Position numbers and translations under genes: made by a program. The notes under the pieces were generated by a model. The model searched no databases, was not told the origin of the DNA, and saw only the letters and a program-made list of their open reading frames with translations. A stretch of DNA of 64,000 nt from a virus: the IMG/VR virus record IMGVR_UViG_3300010371_000036, positions 8,289 through 72,288 of that record; one strand, 5' to 3'. Positions 1-7,660 of the stretch are shown in pieces; the first letter of the stretch is position 1, and every line of letters begins with the position of its first letter.

Positions 1-412
1 GCTCAGGCTTCGTTCTTGACCCGTGCCTGTCGCCTCTCGCATTCCGCCCCTTCCGGATCATATCCGCGACATTCTCCCGAGGAGTCCCGATGAACAGGTG
101 GTCTCTACGAACGCACCTCCTGTTGTCGCATCGGTGAAGGACCCAATGTCCCACCGGAACCGAGCCCCCGACCGCTACCCACGCGAACACGTGGGCCCCG
201 ATTCCCCGACCTCCTAGCCAGAAATTACCGTACCCGCTCCGCGTCCCTCCGGTCCAAACCCAGCAAGGTCCGAGCTCCGGGCAGTGTGCAGGCGTAGGCC
301 CGTTCTTATCGACCCTCATCCAGAACCGACTCGCGGGCGAGACCGAGGCCCTCTTCTCGAGAGAGACCTTTACGCCGGCCGCGATGACCGCGGCTCGCTT
401 CTCCGGCGACAT
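1..412 (-). CDS. HNH endonuclease (3' end outside window; not in ORF track)
   Basis: Manual translation from ATG at 412: MSPEKRAAV...RFWMRVDKNGP...CWVWTGG..SGYGNF...AHVFAW...VLHRCDNRRCVRRDHLFIGTPRENVADM..KGR, a typical phage HNH. Similar to 43894..44451. Confidence 0.85.
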   Translation of the reverse strand, partial: MSPEKRAAVIAAGVKVSLEKRASVSPASRFWMRVDKNGPTPAHCPELGPCWVWTGGTRSGYGNFWLGGRGIGAHVFAWVAVGGSVPVGHWVLHRCDNRRCVRRDHLFIGTPRENVADMIRKGRNARGDRHGSRTKPE

Positions 413-413
413 C

Positions 414-854
414 TCACGGAAGCCCACGGAGATCCTCCGCCGTCGTCCAGTCGTTAGCGAGGCGGTTCTGGGCATCCTGTATCGCCATTCGCCCCGTGCA
501 TACTTCTCGATGAAGCCAGTTTTCGATCACGTCTTTTCTACGAGCGCTCTGTATCGGCTGCGGCCACAAGTTCGCGAGCGAGTTAGCTCCACCGACTTCT
601 AAACTGACGAGGTGGTCGACCTCGTAGCGCCACACCTCGGCGGCGGGGACGCCGTAGGCCCGGAGGACGGCCGCGCGCACCGACGCGGGGACGCGCCTCC
701 GGGCCCGGGTCGGCCGGCCGCAGACCTCCGCCCGCGTGAGGGCCGGGTCGACCTCCCCGGTCGTGCACTGCGGGTCGGGGAGGAGGCCCCGGGCGACGCA
801 GCGCGGGGGAGGCGCGGAGAGGAGGGCGAAGACGACGAGGGCGAGCGGGAACAT
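414..854 (-). CDS. secreted/membrane-anchored HNH-like protein
   Basis: Hydrophobic signal-like N-terminus followed by EVDHLVSLEVGGANSLANLWPQ...RKD, an HNH-like motif. Confidence 0.6.
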   Translation of the reverse strand: MFPLALVVFALLSAPPPRCVARGLLPDPQCTTGEVDPALTRAEVCGRPTRARRRVPASVRAAVLRAYGVPAAEVWRYEVDHLVSLEVGGANSLANLWPQPIQSARRKDVIENWLHREVCTGRMAIQDAQNRLANDWTTAEDLRGLP

Positions 855-880
855 GGTCTTGCGCCCGGAGATGCCGCGCC

Positions 881-1228
881 CTACTCGGCGTTCGGCACGG
901 TCGGGTACGCGGGCCGGAACGCCTCCGGGAGCGTCACCGCGTCGTGGACCGGGTCGTCCTCCATCATCGCGTTGATCGCCCGACGCAGGCGCTCGTCGAC
1001 CCCACGATGGCCGCGCCGCCGCGCGTCCTCGCGTTCCCGGACGAGGAGCGGGACAACGACGTGGAGGAGCCGGCGCTCCGGGCTATCCTCGACGCCCTCC
1101 TCGCTCGCCCGGAGCGCCAGGGCGATCCACTCCTCGCGGAACTTCCGCCGCCGGCGGCGAAGCCGCGCGTCCCTCACCGCGTAGCCCGCCGCGAACACGA
1201 CCACGAACCAGAGAATCGTTTGGTACAT
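881..1228 (-). CDS. hypothetical membrane protein
   Basis: N-terminal TM helix followed by a basic patch; GCAGG upstream of ATG. Confidence 0.6.
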   Translation of the reverse strand: MYQTILWFVVVFAAGYAVRDARLRRRRRKFREEWIALALRASEEGVEDSPERRLLHVVVPLLVREREDARRRGHRGVDERLRRAINAMMEDDPVHDAVTLPEAFRPAYPTVPNAE

Positions 1229-1369
1229 CCTGCCTGTGAGACCTCCGGCGGGAGACGCACCCCCGCCGGAGGTCCCGGATGCCGCGCTAGCGCCGGTTCC
1301 CGAGGAGGACGATCGCGACGCCGCAGACCATGGCGACGACCACGCAGAGCCGCGCCGCGAGCTCGACGC

Positions 1370-1615
1370 TCACGGCCGCCACCGGAGGCTCGCCTCGCCC
1401 TGGGCGTCCATCGCCTCGACGGCGGCGCGCATGCGCGTCAGCGCCCCCGCGAGCTTGACGTTCACCCGCCGGACGACCGAGGCGATCTCCCCGGGCGCGA
1501 GCTCCGGGCGGGAGAGGGGGATCCGGAGCCGCGCCGCCACGGCGTCGTTCGCCGCGCGGTGCCAGGCCGCGACCAGCCGGAGGGGGGAGCCCGGCGGCGG
1601 AGGGGGGACGGTCAC
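1370..1615 (-). CDS. hypothetical protein
   Basis: ORF in a chain of 4-nt overlaps with its neighbours. Confidence 0.5.
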   Translation of the reverse strand: MTVPPPPPGSPLRLVAAWHRAANDAVAARLRIPLSRPELAPGEIASVVRRVNVKLAGALTRMRAAVEAMDAQGEASLRWRP

Positions 1616-1773
1616 GGCCGGCCCCGGCGGGGCGGCGGGACGGTAGCCCGTTCCTCGCCCGCGGCGGTACCTAGGAGCGACGCCCAGGCCGGGGACGGGC
1701 TCTCCGCCGTCCGGACGCGGAGGACGCTCTGGGGGGCCTCCGGGGCCGGCGGGAGGATGGTGTAGACCCTCAT
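1612..1773 (-). CDS. hypothetical protein (MRVYTILPP...)
   Basis: ATGA overlap with the upstream ORF stop at 1770. Confidence 0.45.
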   Translation of the reverse strand: MRVYTILPPAPEAPQSVLRVRTAESPSPAWASLLGTAAGEERATVPPPRRGRP

Positions 1774-2012
1774 CGGCCGGGGGTCTCGAGGTAGACGGGG
1801 CTCTCGTCCGCGGTCATGCCGGCGAGCTCCCACCAGTCGAGGCGGTTCTCGAGACCGATCTCCTCCCAGCCCGGGGGCGCGATCGCGAACTCCGGGGCGA
1901 TCCGCGCCCGCTGCTTCTCGAAGAGCCGCTTCGCCTTCGCCCACTGCGCCGCGAGGAGGACGTCCTCGGTCGAGAACTCCCGCGTCACGAACCGACCGCG
2001 GGGGACGTTCAC
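1770..2012 (-). CDS. hypothetical protein
   Basis: Coupled ORF with normal amino-acid composition. Confidence 0.6.
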   Translation of the reverse strand: MNVPRGRFVTREFSTEDVLLAAQWAKAKRLFEKQRARIAPEFAIAPPGWEEIGLENRLDWWELAGMTADESPVYLETPGR

Positions 2013-2209
2013 GACGCCGCCTTCCAGGTCCAGGAGAGGCGGTCCGCGCCGAACGTCGTCCCGCCGATGTAGATCCGCGCCGCGTTCCCGGCCGCGGCGA
2101 TCCGCGCAGCCTTCTCGAGGACCTCCGTCTCCGGAACCGTATACGAGACCTTCCGCGCCTTCTTACCGAAACCCGCGGACCGCAGATACGTCACGTGAAC
2201 GAACGCCAT
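2009..2209 (-). CDS. hypothetical early protein (MAFVHVTY...)
   Basis: Start reassigned to ATG 2209, which follows the conserved leader GGAGGTTAGGGAG shared with other putative early genes. Confidence 0.6.
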   Translation of the reverse strand: MAFVHVTYLRSAGFGKKARKVSYTVPETEVLEKAARIAAAGNAARIYIGGTTFGADRLSWTWKAAS

Positions 2210-2280
2210 CTCCCTAACCTCCACCCGGGCGCGCAGCCCGGACAAGAGAGACTCTAGCACTTTGGACAATGATGTCCAAA
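2210..2280 (-). promoter_or_regulatory. putative early promoter 1 with operator TTTGGACA-N4-TGTCCAAA (2261-2280) and conserved leader
   Basis: Minus strand reads TTGGAC-17nt-TAGAGT; palindrome covers the -35; one of four copies. Confidence 0.75.
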
Positions 2281-2287
2281 AGAATCG

Positions 2288-2866
2288 TCAGCGGGCGCGG
2301 CGGGGCGGGGGCGGGAGCTCGTCGCCGTAGTGCGTCCACGCCGGGTCCGGCGTCCCGTCCGGGAGGAGCCGCCGGCGCCGCGCGTGCATCTCCGCGTAGG
2401 GGCCGAAGCAGAGGTCCTCGACGAGGTCATAGAACGCGTCCGGCTTCCCGGAGTGCTCGCCCACCGGCGCGTCGAACGTGTCGAACGTGCTCCGGACCGA
2501 GAGCGACCGGAGGACCGGGCGGCCGCGCCGGAAGACGAGGCAGGTCTCGTGCTCGTTCCGCGCCGTCCGCCCCATCCCGAAGTGCCGGTTCCCGTTCTTC
2601 GTCCGCTTCACCCAGACGAGCTCCGCGCCCGTGTACTCGAAGCCCCAGGCCCGGCCGACCGCGAACGCCTCCTCCGCCATCGCGCCGACGCGCCAGAGGA
2701 AGAGGTGGCAGTCCTCGTGGAGGCGCGGGAGCTTCTCGGCGCAGATCGCCTCGATGCTCGCCGCCGTGGTCTTGTAGATCTTCCGGACGCCCCGGCGCGG
2801 CCCCGGGAGCTGGTCCCGGAACGGCCAGGCCGGGTCGCAAACAAGCACGCGCGGTAGGTCCCTCAC
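2288..2866 (-). CDS. MT-A70-family DNA methyltransferase
   Basis: DPAW (DPPW-like), HLFLW, AWGFEY, LVWVK, GMG, HETCL, HSGKPD, EMHAR motifs. GTG start at 2866 overlaps the upstream TGA. Confidence 0.8.
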   Translation of the reverse strand: MRDLPRVLVCDPAWPFRDQLPGPRRGVRKIYKTTAASIEAICAEKLPRLHEDCHLFLWRVGAMAEEAFAVGRAWGFEYTGAELVWVKRTKNGNRHFGMGRTARNEHETCLVFRRGRPVLRSLSVRSTFDTFDAPVGEHSGKPDAFYDLVEDLCFGPYAEMHARRRRLLPDGTPDPAWTHYGDELPPPPRRAR

Positions 2867-3783
2867 TTCGCACCTCTCAGCTTCCAGGTCGAGTGCTCGC
2901 GCCACCCGTCGTGCTCGAGGACGCCGGCGCGCCGGAGCTCGAGGAGGCGCCCGTCGAGCCGCGAGCGGGGGATCCCGAGCGCCGCGCGGATCGCCGCGCT
3001 CCCGGAGGAGCCGGCGCCGCGGAGGTACTCGACGATCCGCGCCTTCTCCGCCTCGATCCCCGCCCGGCGCCCGGCCCGGGTGTAGGACGGAACCCGGGTT
3101 CCGTCCGCGGGGCGGACCCTCGGCATCCGCGCCGTCTCCCGCGCGTCGACGAGCGCCTGAGCCTCCCGGAGCGGGACGCCCTCGAGGTAGAGCCCCGCGA
3201 CCTCCTCGGCCCAGGCGTCGGCCTCCGCGTCGAACTCCTCGCCGAGGAAGTCGCTCGCCCGCCCCTCGCTCTTCCGCGAGTCCTCCCCGCCGCCGTTCTC
3301 CCCCTCCGCCTCCGCGAAGGAGGGGGCCTCGTTCATCCGCTCGCGGAGGTAGTCGACGAACGCCTCCCGCTCGCCGGGCGTCAGCTTCCGGAGGAGCCGC
3401 TCGAGGGCGCGGACCTCGAGCTGTCGGACCCGCTCGCGGCTCATGTTCATCAGGCCGGCGATCTCCTCGAGCGCCGCGCCGCCCCGGTCCGCGACGTCGA
3501 GCGCGCACGACTCGGGCATGTCCTCGACCTCGCGCGACGGGAAGTTCCAGACGATCGTGTCGCCGCGCACCCCCGCGACGTCGAGGTAGAGGTGGTAGCG
3601 ACACGAGACCATGGGGCACGGCCGGCTCGTCCCCCGACAGTCCTCGCGGCCGGCGGGGAGCGCGTGGTCCGTCCCGTCCCGGAGGACGGGGAGACGCCGG
3701 CGACTCCGCCAGACCCCGGAGTCGTCCCCCCGGACCCTCTCGCGCCGCGGGGCGCCCGCGCGGGTCCTCCTCGCGGCGCTCAC
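2863..3783 (-). CDS. Cys-rich sigma70 region-4 HTH protein with C-terminal winged HTH
   Basis: EDC..SRPCPMVSCRYHLYLDV...NFP...ESCALDVADRGG.LEEIAGLMNMSRERVRQLE. Likely GTG start at 3783 (GTGA overlap). Confidence 0.7.
   Translation of the reverse strand: MSAARRTRAGAPRRERVRGDDSGVWRSRRRLPVLRDGTDHALPAGREDCRGTSRPCPMVSCRYHLYLDVAGVRGDTIVWNFPSREVEDMPESCALDVADRGGAALEEIAGLMNMSRERVRQLEVRALERLLRKLTPGEREAFVDYLRERMNEAPSFAEAEGENGGGEDSRKSEGRASDFLGEEFDAEADAWAEEVAGLYLEGVPLREAQALVDARETARMPRVRPADGTRVPSYTRAGRRAGIEAEKARIVEYLRGAGSSGSAAIRAALGIPRSRLDGRLLELRRAGVLEHDGWREHSTWKLRGAK
3085..3106. repeat. 22-bp palindrome GGACGGAACCCGGGTTCCGTCC, copy 1 of 13 (intragenic)
   Basis: Perfect inverted repeat; read as DGTRVPS in 2863..3783. 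Confidence 0.95.
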
Positions 3784-4130
3784 TCCGACCGGCTCACGGT
3801 CGGGACGCAGTACCCCTCGCCCCCGAAGTCGTCCGCCCGGCCGCTCGGGAGGACGAGCTTCACGGCCGCGCCGCGCGGGTCGCTGTTGAACTTCACGGTT
3901 ACGGGCTTGTCGCGCAGCGTGAAACGAACCCGTCGCTGGAGCCAGATGACCCGGGCCTGGTGCTCCCGCATGTCGACGATCGGCTCGTTGCACTCCCGGA
4001 GGTAGAGCGCGTAGAGCTCCGTCGAGAGGTCAATGAGCCGGCGCGCCAGAACGCCCACCTTCTCCGGGCTCTTCTCGATCTCCGCTAGGACGGCCCCGAA
4101 CTCTGCCACCTCGCTCACCTTGATCGGCAT
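3780..4130 (-). CDS. hypothetical protein
   Basis: Clean ORF with CGCGGCA motif 14 nt upstream. Confidence 0.65.
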   Translation of the reverse strand: MPIKVSEVAEFGAVLAEIEKSPEKVGVLARRLIDLSTELYALYLRECNEPIVDMREHQARVIWLQRRVRFTLRDKPVTVKFNSDPRGAAVKLVLPSGRADDFGGEGYCVPTVSRSE

Positions 4131-4151
4131 CGTGCTGACCTAGTTGCCGCG

Positions 4152-4877
4152 CTAGTCACGAATGGCGACCCACCCGGCGAAGTTCATCCAGCGCCAGAAG
4201 CAGTCGACGGCGCGGAACCCCGCCTGCCGGAGGATGTCCTCGTTCCAGCGAGCGGTCACCGGGACGAGGACCCCCTCGAGCGCGCGCCGCTTGCGCTCGA
4301 TCTCCTCGCTGCCGTACCCGTTCGCACCCTTCAGCTCGTGGTAGCGCCCGACCATGAGGGAGTCGACGTCCGCCGACTCCCCGAGCACCTTCTCGACGAG
4401 CACGAACACGCCACCCGGCGCGAGGCGCTGGTAGACGTCCCTCACGATCCCCTGGCGATAGTTGATCGGCACGAACTGGAGCGTGAGCACCGAGAGCACC
4501 GCGGCGCACCCTGAAGACCACGCCCGGTCCGCCGGCTCGCGGAGATCCCAGTCGCGGACGAGGACGTTCTGGCGACCCTCGAAGCGACGCCGGAGAACGT
4601 CGAGCATCGGTGGCGATCGCTCGATCGCCCAGAACTGCCGCACCGCCGACGACCTCTCGACGAGGGCCGCGATCGCGTCCCCGCGCGAGCTCCCGAGGTC
4701 GACGACGTCGCCGGGCAGCACGTCGAGGAACCCCATCGTGATGTCCTCGACGGACCGGCGCATGACGCCGTACTGCGGGATCGACCGCTCGAGCATATCC
4801 GGGAAGACGTCGACGACCCCGGCGTCGAACTCCCACTTCTCACCGGACGGGACGTGCTTGACGCTTGATTCACTCAT
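4152..4877 (-). CDS. cmoA: carboxy-S-adenosyl-L-methionine synthase CmoA
   Basis: WEFDAGVVDVFPDMLERSIPQY, DLGSSRG, TLQF, LAPGG.FVLVEK, HELKGANGY..EEIERKR.ALE, AGF, NF match E. coli CmoA ([22 protein letters not shown] ... [22 protein letters not shown]) as I recall it. ATG 4877 overlaps the asnB-like stop (ATGA). Confidence 0.92.
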   Translation of the reverse strand: MSESSVKHVPSGEKWEFDAGVVDVFPDMLERSIPQYGVMRRSVEDITMGFLDVLPGDVVDLGSSRGDAIAALVERSSAVRQFWAIERSPPMLDVLRRRFEGRQNVLVRDWDLREPADRAWSSGCAAVLSVLTLQFVPINYRQGIVRDVYQRLAPGGVFVLVEKVLGESADVDSLMVGRYHELKGANGYGSEEIERKRRALEGVLVPVTARWNEDILRQAGFRAVDCFWRWMNFAGWVAIRD

Positions 4878-6274
4878 GGCTTCCAACCTCCGAACCTGTC
4901 CTGGTGAGCACGCGCGTAGAGGGCGCGGGGATCGGCGATCTGCGACTCGATCGCGCGCTTGAGGCCCATCCCGTCCTGGAACGCGACCTTCGGTCGGCGC
5001 AAGACGCTCTCCGGCAGGAGCCCGCGCATCGCGTCCCGGAGGACCGCCTTCGTCACGCTCCCGCGCTGCACGAGCGGGCGCTCAAACGAGAGCACCCGCT
5101 CGACGAGCGCCGGGTTCAAGAACGGCAGGCGGCACTCGACCGAGCTCCGCATGAAGACCTTGTTCGCCCGCGGGAAGTTCTTGCGCGACTGACCGAGGAA
5201 GGACTCCTTCCGGAAGCCGTGCCAGCCGCGCGTCTGGATCCCGTGGTAGGCGAACCCGTACGACCCGAAGAGCTCGTCGGCACCCTCCCCGGAGAACGTC
5301 ACCTTGAAGCCGTCCGCGCTCATGCGCTCCGCGAGCTTCATGCACGCCCAGGCGATCTCCACCTGCGACTTGAACGGCATCTCGATCGCGTCGACGACGC
5401 GCGCGAGGTCCTCCGCGCTCGGGCACTCGACCGGGACCTCGACCAGCCGGACGCCGAGCATCTCCGCCGTCTCGCGCGCGCCCCGCAGGTCCCGGGACTT
5501 CGCGTCGAAGACTGCCGTATACGCGACGAGATCCGGCACGTGCGGCCGGAGCAGCGCGGCGATCGCCCCGGAGTCGACCCCGCCCGAGAGCAGCGCGCAC
5601 ACCGGGACGTCGGCGATCCTCCGCTCCTCGACGCTCGCGCGGAGGAGCCCCAGGAGCTCCTCCGCGGCCTCCTCCGGCTCCGCCGCCTTCGGCAGCGCGG
5701 GGACGTCGACCCAGCGCCTCGAGCGCACGCGACGACCGTCCGACTCGACGATCTCCCCCGGCCCGACGTCCACGATCCGCGTCGGGTCCGCGCCGAGGGC
5801 GAGGAGGGCCCGCGCCTCGCTCGCGAAGTAGAGCGGCGCCTGCGCCGCGTAGTGGAGCGGGACCTCGCCGAAGCGGTCGCGCGCCAGCCGGACCCACTCC
5901 CCGTCGCCGCTCGTCCAGGCGATCGCGAACATCCCGTTGAACTTCGGGAGCGCAGCGTCACCCCAGCGCGCGAGGGCGGCCGCGACGACCTCCGTGTCCC
6001 CCGGAGTCCGGAACTCCTCACCGAGCGCCGTGAGCTCAGCGCGGAGCTCCCGGTAATTCCAGAGCTCCCCGTTGTACGCGAGCGTGAGCTGCCCCCGCTT
6101 GAACGGCTGCGCGGAGCGATCGTCGAGGTCGATGATCGCGAGACGGGCGTGACCGAGCACCACCGCGCCGTCGGTGACGACCGCCTGCGCGTCCGGGCCT
6201 CGGTGCCGGATCGTCTGGAGGGCGCGCTCCACGGCGGACGCGGCGCCGCCGACGGTCCCGACGATCCCGCACAT
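4874..6274 (-). CDS. asnB: asparagine-synthetase-B-like glutamine amidotransferase / ATP-dependent amide ligase
   Basis: N-terminal MCGIVG (Ntn Cys), HRGPD, GHARLAIID, QPF, YNGELWN, DTEV, NGMFA, RDRFG; synthetase LLSGGVDS and SGEGADELFG. ATG 6274 overlaps the MTase stop (TGATG). Confidence 0.92.
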   Translation of the reverse strand: MCGIVGTVGGAASAVERALQTIRHRGPDAQAVVTDGAVVLGHARLAIIDLDDRSAQPFKRGQLTLAYNGELWNYRELRAELTALGEEFRTPGDTEVVAAALARWGDAALPKFNGMFAIAWTSGDGEWVRLARDRFGEVPLHYAAQAPLYFASEARALLALGADPTRIVDVGPGEIVESDGRRVRSRRWVDVPALPKAAEPEEAAEELLGLLRASVEERRIADVPVCALLSGGVDSGAIAALLRPHVPDLVAYTAVFDAKSRDLRGARETAEMLGVRLVEVPVECPSAEDLARVVDAIEMPFKSQVEIAWACMKLAERMSADGFKVTFSGEGADELFGSYGFAYHGIQTRGWHGFRKESFLGQSRKNFPRANKVFMRSSVECRLPFLNPALVERVLSFERPLVQRGSVTKAVLRDAMRGLLPESVLRRPKVAFQDGMGLKRAIESQIADPRALYARAHQDRFGGWKP

Positions 6275-7635
6275 CAGCGCGGGACCTTGAAGATCTTGTC
6301 TCGGATCGCCGCCGCGACCGCGCGCATCATCACCGGTGGGACCGCACGGCCGCACCGCTCCCACTGCTGCGCGTACGTCCCCGCCAGGATGAAGTCGTCC
6401 GGGAAGGAGCAGATCCGCCGGAGCTCGGCGATCGTGAACTTCCGGATCTCCGTCGGGTGCTCGGCCGACGCCTCTTCCTCGACCTTGTAGTGGCACGAGT
6501 TGAGGGAATCGACGCCGACCGTGATCGCCGGGCACGGACGGTCCGTGATCGTCACGTCTTGCGCGAATGCCCCAGACGTATCGTGCGCGTCGCGCACGAT
6601 ACGCGCCTCCACCGTCGAGGGCGGACTCCGACCGTTCCCCGAACTCGGCCCCGCACCGATCGTCTGCGACGGGTTCGTGCTCGAATGCCAGGCGCTCGTC
6701 CCGTACGGCGAGTTCGCCATCTGCCGGGTCACGTGCGGCAGCGCGTCGCGGATCGAGTACCTGTACGGGAGCGGCTCCGGGTGCACCGGGTCGAGCCCGA
6801 GGTCCGTGCGCACGCCGACGAAGATGACGCGCTGCCGGCACTGCGGCACCCCGAGCCACTGCGCGTCGAGCAGGCGCGCCTTGACGCGGTACCCGCACGC
6901 CTCGAGCGCCGCGTGAATCTCCTTGAAGTACCCCTTCGCGACCCCGCGCACGAGACCCGCGACGTTCTCCGCGACGAAGACCTTCGGCTGGAGACCCTTC
7001 AGGATCCGCGCGTACTCGAAGAAGAGGTCGTCGGTCCGCTGCTGCGTGTCCGAGTACGTCTTCTCCTTGCCCCAGTGCTTCTCCCGCTTGCCGGCCGTCG
7101 AGAAGCTCGCGCACGGCGGGGAACCGTCGAGCACGTCGAGCTCTCCCACCTCGAGACCCGTCGCCGCGAGGATGTCCTCCGCCGTCACCGTGCGAATGTC
7201 ACGCCCGTCGAGGATGGTCGACGGGAAGTTCGCGGCGTACGTCTCGCGCGCCATCTCGACGAACTCGCTCGCCCAGACGACCTTCATCCCGGCCATCGCG
7301 TAGCCGAGGCTCGAGCCGCCCCCTCCAGAGAAGAGGCTAACGACCTTGAGACCCGTCGGCGGGAGCGCTCGGATCTCCTCCATCGACGGGACTCGATACG
7401 GCGGCTTCTCCCGCGGCACGACACCCGGCGACGAGGCCACCGTAGAGGTCTCGGACAGCGCCGGCTTCGACGCGCTCGACGATGACGCGCTCTCGCTCAG
7501 GGTCGTAGACCGCGACCCCGAGCGCCGCTTTGCGGTGCGCGATGGCGATCGACTTCCGGAGCCGGATGCGGAGGAGGGAGACGATCGCCGCGTCGATCGC
7601 GTCGAGGTCACGGCGGGCTTCTTCGACTTGGGCAT
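6274..7635 (-). CDS. C5-cytosine DNA methyltransferase-family enzyme, predicted carboxymethyltransferase (motif X GRAVPP)
   Basis: Motif I SLFSGGGG, IV GSPPCASFS, VI ENVAG, VIII PQCRQR, IX RKFTIAELRRICSFPDDF, X CGRAVPP. Start is uncertain (ATG 7635, or ATG 7383 with a nearby GTG). Confidence 0.9.
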   Translation of the reverse strand: MPKSKKPAVTSTRSTRRSSPSSASGSGSRSPSRTAKRRSGSRSTTLSESASSSSASKPALSETSTVASSPGVVPREKPPYRVPSMEEIRALPPTGLKVVSLFSGGGGSSLGYAMAGMKVVWASEFVEMARETYAANFPSTILDGRDIRTVTAEDILAATGLEVGELDVLDGSPPCASFSTAGKREKHWGKEKTYSDTQQRTDDLFFEYARILKGLQPKVFVAENVAGLVRGVAKGYFKEIHAALEACGYRVKARLLDAQWLGVPQCRQRVIFVGVRTDLGLDPVHPEPLPYRYSIRDALPHVTRQMANSPYGTSAWHSSTNPSQTIGAGPSSGNGRSPPSTVEARIVRDAHDTSGAFAQDVTITDRPCPAITVGVDSLNSCHYKVEEEASAEHPTEIRKFTIAELRRICSFPDDFILAGTYAQQWERCGRAVPPVMMRAVAAAIRDKIFKVPR

Positions 7636-7660
7636 CGAGGATCAGAACTGGAAGTGGCAT
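7337..7660 (-). CDS. chorismate mutase (AroQ/type II)
   Basis: VEEARRDLDAIDAAIVSLLRIRLRKSIAIAHRKAALGVAVYDPERERVIVERV fits the AroQ consensus R..ID.ID..I..LL..R......I...K....P.D..RE. Codon third positions are GC-rich in this frame. Confidence 0.8.
   Translation of the reverse strand: MPLPVLILDAQVEEARRDLDAIDAAIVSLLRIRLRKSIAIAHRKAALGVAVYDPERERVIVERVEAGAVRDLYGGLVAGCRAAGEAAVSSPVDGGDPSAPADGSQGR

Noticed and set aside
1241-1273. Hairpin ACCTCCGGCGGG...CCCGCCGGAGGT as a terminator
   Set aside because: It has no U tract and lies between a putative promoter motif and a start codon. It may be a 5' leader stem, but nothing more can be supported.
4152-4877. CmoA as an ordinary tRNA-modification auxiliary gene
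   Set aside because: No cmoB or tRNA genes are seen in the window, and it is translationally coupled to the AsnB-like/DNA MTase genes. Support of host CmoB cannot be fully excluded.
4874-7114. 746-aa AsnB with long N-terminal extension
   Set aside because: Ntn amidotransferases need Cys at the N-terminus. The real start is MCGIVG at 6274, and the extension is an off-frame read of the MTase.
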